A DNA stretch of 64,000 nt from Pseudomonadota bacterium (GTDB lineage Bacteria > Pseudomonadota > Gammaproteobacteria > Ga0077536). This document shows positions 61,503-64,000 of the stretch, piece after piece. Each line of letters begins with the position of its first letter. The stretch's first letter is position 1. Below the pieces are notes generated by a model. The model did not search any database and had not been told where the DNA came from. It saw only the letters and a list, made by a program, of their open reading frames with translations. The stretch covers positions 121,532-185,531 of the forward strand of contig JAYYOR010000027.1 of NCBI GenBank assembly GCA_036130055.1, given 5' to 3'. The position numbers and the translations under genes were made by a program.

Positions 61503-63509
61503 TTGGGATCATCAAACCAACCGAGTCCAAGAGAGCTAGCAAATGCAGTACGTTTCCTATCAGTTGATGCAATAGAACGAGCAAAATCAGGACATCCTGG
61601 AGCTCCTATGGGATTGGCTGACGCGTCGATGGTTTTATGGCTAAATTATTTAAAACACAACCCAGAAAATCCAACATGGTTAAATAGAGACAGATTCGTT
61701 CTATCCAACGGTCACGCCTCGATGCTCTTATATTCAATTCTACACCTAAGCGGGTATGCTGTATCAATTAACGATATAAAATCATTCCGGCAACTTCATT
61801 CAATTACCCCAGGTCATCCTGAATATAAAGAAACACCTGGTGTTGAAACCACCACAGGACCACTAGGACAAGGCATTGCAAACGCAGTAGGATTTGCGAT
61901 AGCGGAGAAAAATTTAGCGGCGACATTTAATAAAAAAAACTATAATCTAATTGATAATAACACATTTGCTATTGTTGGAGACGGGTGCTTAATGGAAGGA
62001 ATATCCCATGAAGTTTGCTCATTAGCAGGGACCCTAAAATTAGGAAAGCTAAATGTACTATACGACTCTAATGGAATCTCGATAGACGGAGAAATCAAAA
62101 ATTGGTTTTCTGAAGATGTAGCGAGCAGATTTAATGCTTATGGTTGGCACGTGATAGAAAATGTAAAGGGCCATGACTTTGATGATCTTAATGAAGCCTA
62201 CTCTTTGGCCCTCAGTAATAAGGAGCAACCTACAATAATTATCTGCAAAACAACAATTGGCTATGGTTCGCCAAATAAATCGGGAACCGCCGAATCACAC
62301 GGGGCAGCGCTTGGTGAAGAAGAAACAAAAAAAACAAGGGAGGCTTTGAAGTGGGATTACGCACCATTCGAAATTCCCCAAGCAATTTATGATTCATGGA
62401 ATTGTAAATCAAGAGGGGCAGAAGCTGAAAAAGAATGGAATCTTCTGCGTGATAAGTACAAAAGAGATTATCCCGAAAATTGGAATGAATTGGAAAGGAG
62501 GGCCAATAGTAAACTACCTCAGCATTGGCTAGAAACAATAGAGAGCTCACTAAAAAACATTCAGCAAGATAATAACAATGAAGCTACACGAAAATCTTCT
62601 CAAACCATTCTAGACTTAGTTACTCCCTCAATACCTGAGTTAATTGGTGGTTCTGCTGATCTAACTGGATCTAATAACACCTTCAGTAAATCTAGCAGAT
62701 CTCTGGACCAAAAAAATTTTAACGGGAATTATATTTTTTACGGAGTAAGAGAATTTGGAATGAGCGCGATAATGAATGGTATCGCACTCTATGGCGGACA
62801 CATTCCATATGGAGGTACATTTCTAGTATTTTCCGACTACGCGAGGAATGCTGTCAGAATGGCCGCATTGATGAAATTAAGAACAATTTTTGTTTACACC
62901 CATGACTCAATTGGTCTAGGAGAGGATGGCCCAACACACCAACCTATTGAACATCTTCAATCTCTCAGATTAATACCCAATTTAAATGTTTGGAGACCTG
63001 CAGACAGAATCGAAACCCTGATTGCGTGGAAATCGTCGATTGAAAATTCTACTGGTCCATCTTGTTTAGTTCTTTCTAGGCAAGCGGTGCCGCAGTTGAG
63101 CCAATTAGAAGAGAGAAACAAAAACATCGAAAAAGGCGGATATATTTTGAGAAACACAGATAACCCGGCGGCCTGTATAATCGCGACAGGATCTGAAGTT
63201 GCCCTTGCTATTAAAATCGCTGAAACTCTAGGCAAAAGCAAAATACCTATACAAGTAGTATCTATGCCATGCTCACAATTATTTGACAGGCAGGATAAAT
63301 CTTATAAAACTAAAGTATTGCCAGAGGGAGTCAAGAGGATCGCGATTGAAGCTGGCTCAACTGACCTTTGGTATAAATACACCGGAGAAGATGGTCTCGT
63401 TTTAGGTATGAACCAATTTGGTGCTTCAGCCCCTGCGGATCAATTGTTTAAAGAATTCAACCTAGATTTCGAAAGCTGCTTAGCGAAAATAAACCATTAT
63501 CTTTTTTAA
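61503..63509 (+). CDS. tkt: Transketolase
   Basis: 668 aa with the TPP-binding 'GHPG.PMG' N-terminus and the 'GDGC.MEGIS.E' motif. Confidence 0.9.
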   Translation: MGSSNQPSPRELANAVRFLSVDAIERAKSGHPGAPMGLADASMVLWLNYLKHNPENPTWLNRDRFVLSNGHASMLLYSILHLSGYAVSINDIKSFRQLHSITPGHPEYKETPGVETTTGPLGQGIANAVGFAIAEKNLAATFNKKNYNLIDNNTFAIVGDGCLMEGISHEVCSLAGTLKLGKLNVLYDSNGISIDGEIKNWFSEDVASRFNAYGWHVIENVKGHDFDDLNEAYSLALSNKEQPTIIICKTTIGYGSPNKSGTAESHGAALGEEETKKTREALKWDYAPFEIPQAIYDSWNCKSRGAEAEKEWNLLRDKYKRDYPENWNELERRANSKLPQHWLETIESSLKNIQQDNNNEATRKSSQTILDLVTPSIPELIGGSADLTGSNNTFSKSSRSLDQKNFNGNYIFYGVREFGMSAIMNGIALYGGHIPYGGTFLVFSDYARNAVRMAALMKLRTIFVYTHDSIGLGEDGPTHQPIEHLQSLRLIPNLNVWRPADRIETLIAWKSSIENSTGPSCLVLSRQAVPQLSQLEERNKNIEKGGYILRNTDNPAACIIATGSEVALAIKIAETLGKSKIPIQVVSMPCSQLFDRQDKSYKTKVLPEGVKRIAIEAGSTDLWYKYTGEDGLVLGMNQFGASAPADQLFKEFNLDFESCLAKINHYLF

Positions 63510-63533
63510 CTTTAACATTAGGAGAATGAAATC

Positions 63534-64000
63534 ATGACGCTTAGAGTTGCGATCAATGGGTTCGGAAGAATTGGGAGAAATATCGTCAGAGCGCATTATC
63601 AATCAATGAAACATGAGGATATAGAATTCGTTGCTATTAATGATTTAGGCGATACAACAACCAACGCCCATCTCCTCAAATACGACAGTGCATATGGTCC
63701 TATGCTACATGATATACAAGCAGGATCTGACCATATAAAAGTGGGAACCGAAAAAATTATTGTTTTAAATGAGAAAGACCCTTCAAAGCTGCCCTGGAAA
63801 GATTTAAACGTAGATATTGTACTCGAATGCACTGGTATTTTTGCTAACAAACTAGGCGCTGAGCAACACCTAAAGTCTGGGGCTAGCAAAGTATTGATTT
63901 CAGCACCTGCCGGAACTGATGTCGATGCCACTATTGTTTTTGGCGTAAATGACAACATACTTTCGCCTAATCATAAAATTGTATCAAATGCATCATGTAC
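63534..64000 (+). CDS. gap: Glyceraldehyde-3-phosphate dehydrogenase family (gap or epd), 5' part; the 3' end lies outside the window
   Basis: ATG at 63534 with a GGAG RBS. 'MTLRVAINGFGRIGRNIVRA...' is the GAPDH N-terminus. It follows tkt as in the tkt-epd/gap-pgk-fba arrangement. Confidence 0.8.
   Translation, partial: MTLRVAINGFGRIGRNIVRAHYQSMKHEDIEFVAINDLGDTTTNAHLLKYDSAYGPMLHDIQAGSDHIKVGTEKIIVLNEKDPSKLPWKDLNVDIVLECTGIFANKLGAEQHLKSGASKVLISAPAGTDVDATIVFGVNDNILSPNHKIVSNASC

Overview
This is an AT-rich, gene-dense window with short intergenic spacers and many 1-14 nt gene overlaps, consistent with a streamlined gammaproteobacterial chromosome. That assignment rests on gammaproteobacterial-type gene order: sspAB-petABC, diaA-dolP, mlaC-ibaG-murA-hisGDC, queA-tgt-yajC-secDF and tkt-gap. 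Most of the window is housekeeping: cytochrome bc1, histidine biosynthesis, murA, purT, pdxB, secDF-yajC, tgt/queA, trpS, trpE, gshA, msrB, groESL, metF, tkt, gap, class I aldolase, two tRNAs and an ammonium transporter. One accessory block stands out at about 30.5-42.0 kb. It contains a glutamine-synthetase-family gene, three genes matching the split domains of glutamate synthase, and a four-subunit sarcosine-oxidase-like oxidase. This arrangement is typical of the N-methylglutamate route of methylamine oxidation (gmaS, mgsABC, mgdABCD). Two genes in the block are not part of that canonical set: a 445-aa FAD oxidoreductase and an unrecognised 134-aa ORF. Other observations: a Bcp-type peroxiredoxin with an in-frame TGA at the catalytic cysteine and a downstream hairpin, which I read as a selenoprotein (53128-53571); a ttcA (PP-loop tRNA thiolase) gene broken by several frameshifts; an ArsC/YffB-like gene that appears frameshifted near its 5' end; a CIRCE-like operator upstream of groES; a tandem direct repeat in a divergent promoter region; a MoxR/VWA (CoxD/CoxE-like) pair; and two sodium:solute symporters each with a small membrane subunit. 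I found no CRISPR array, transposase, integrase or rRNA.
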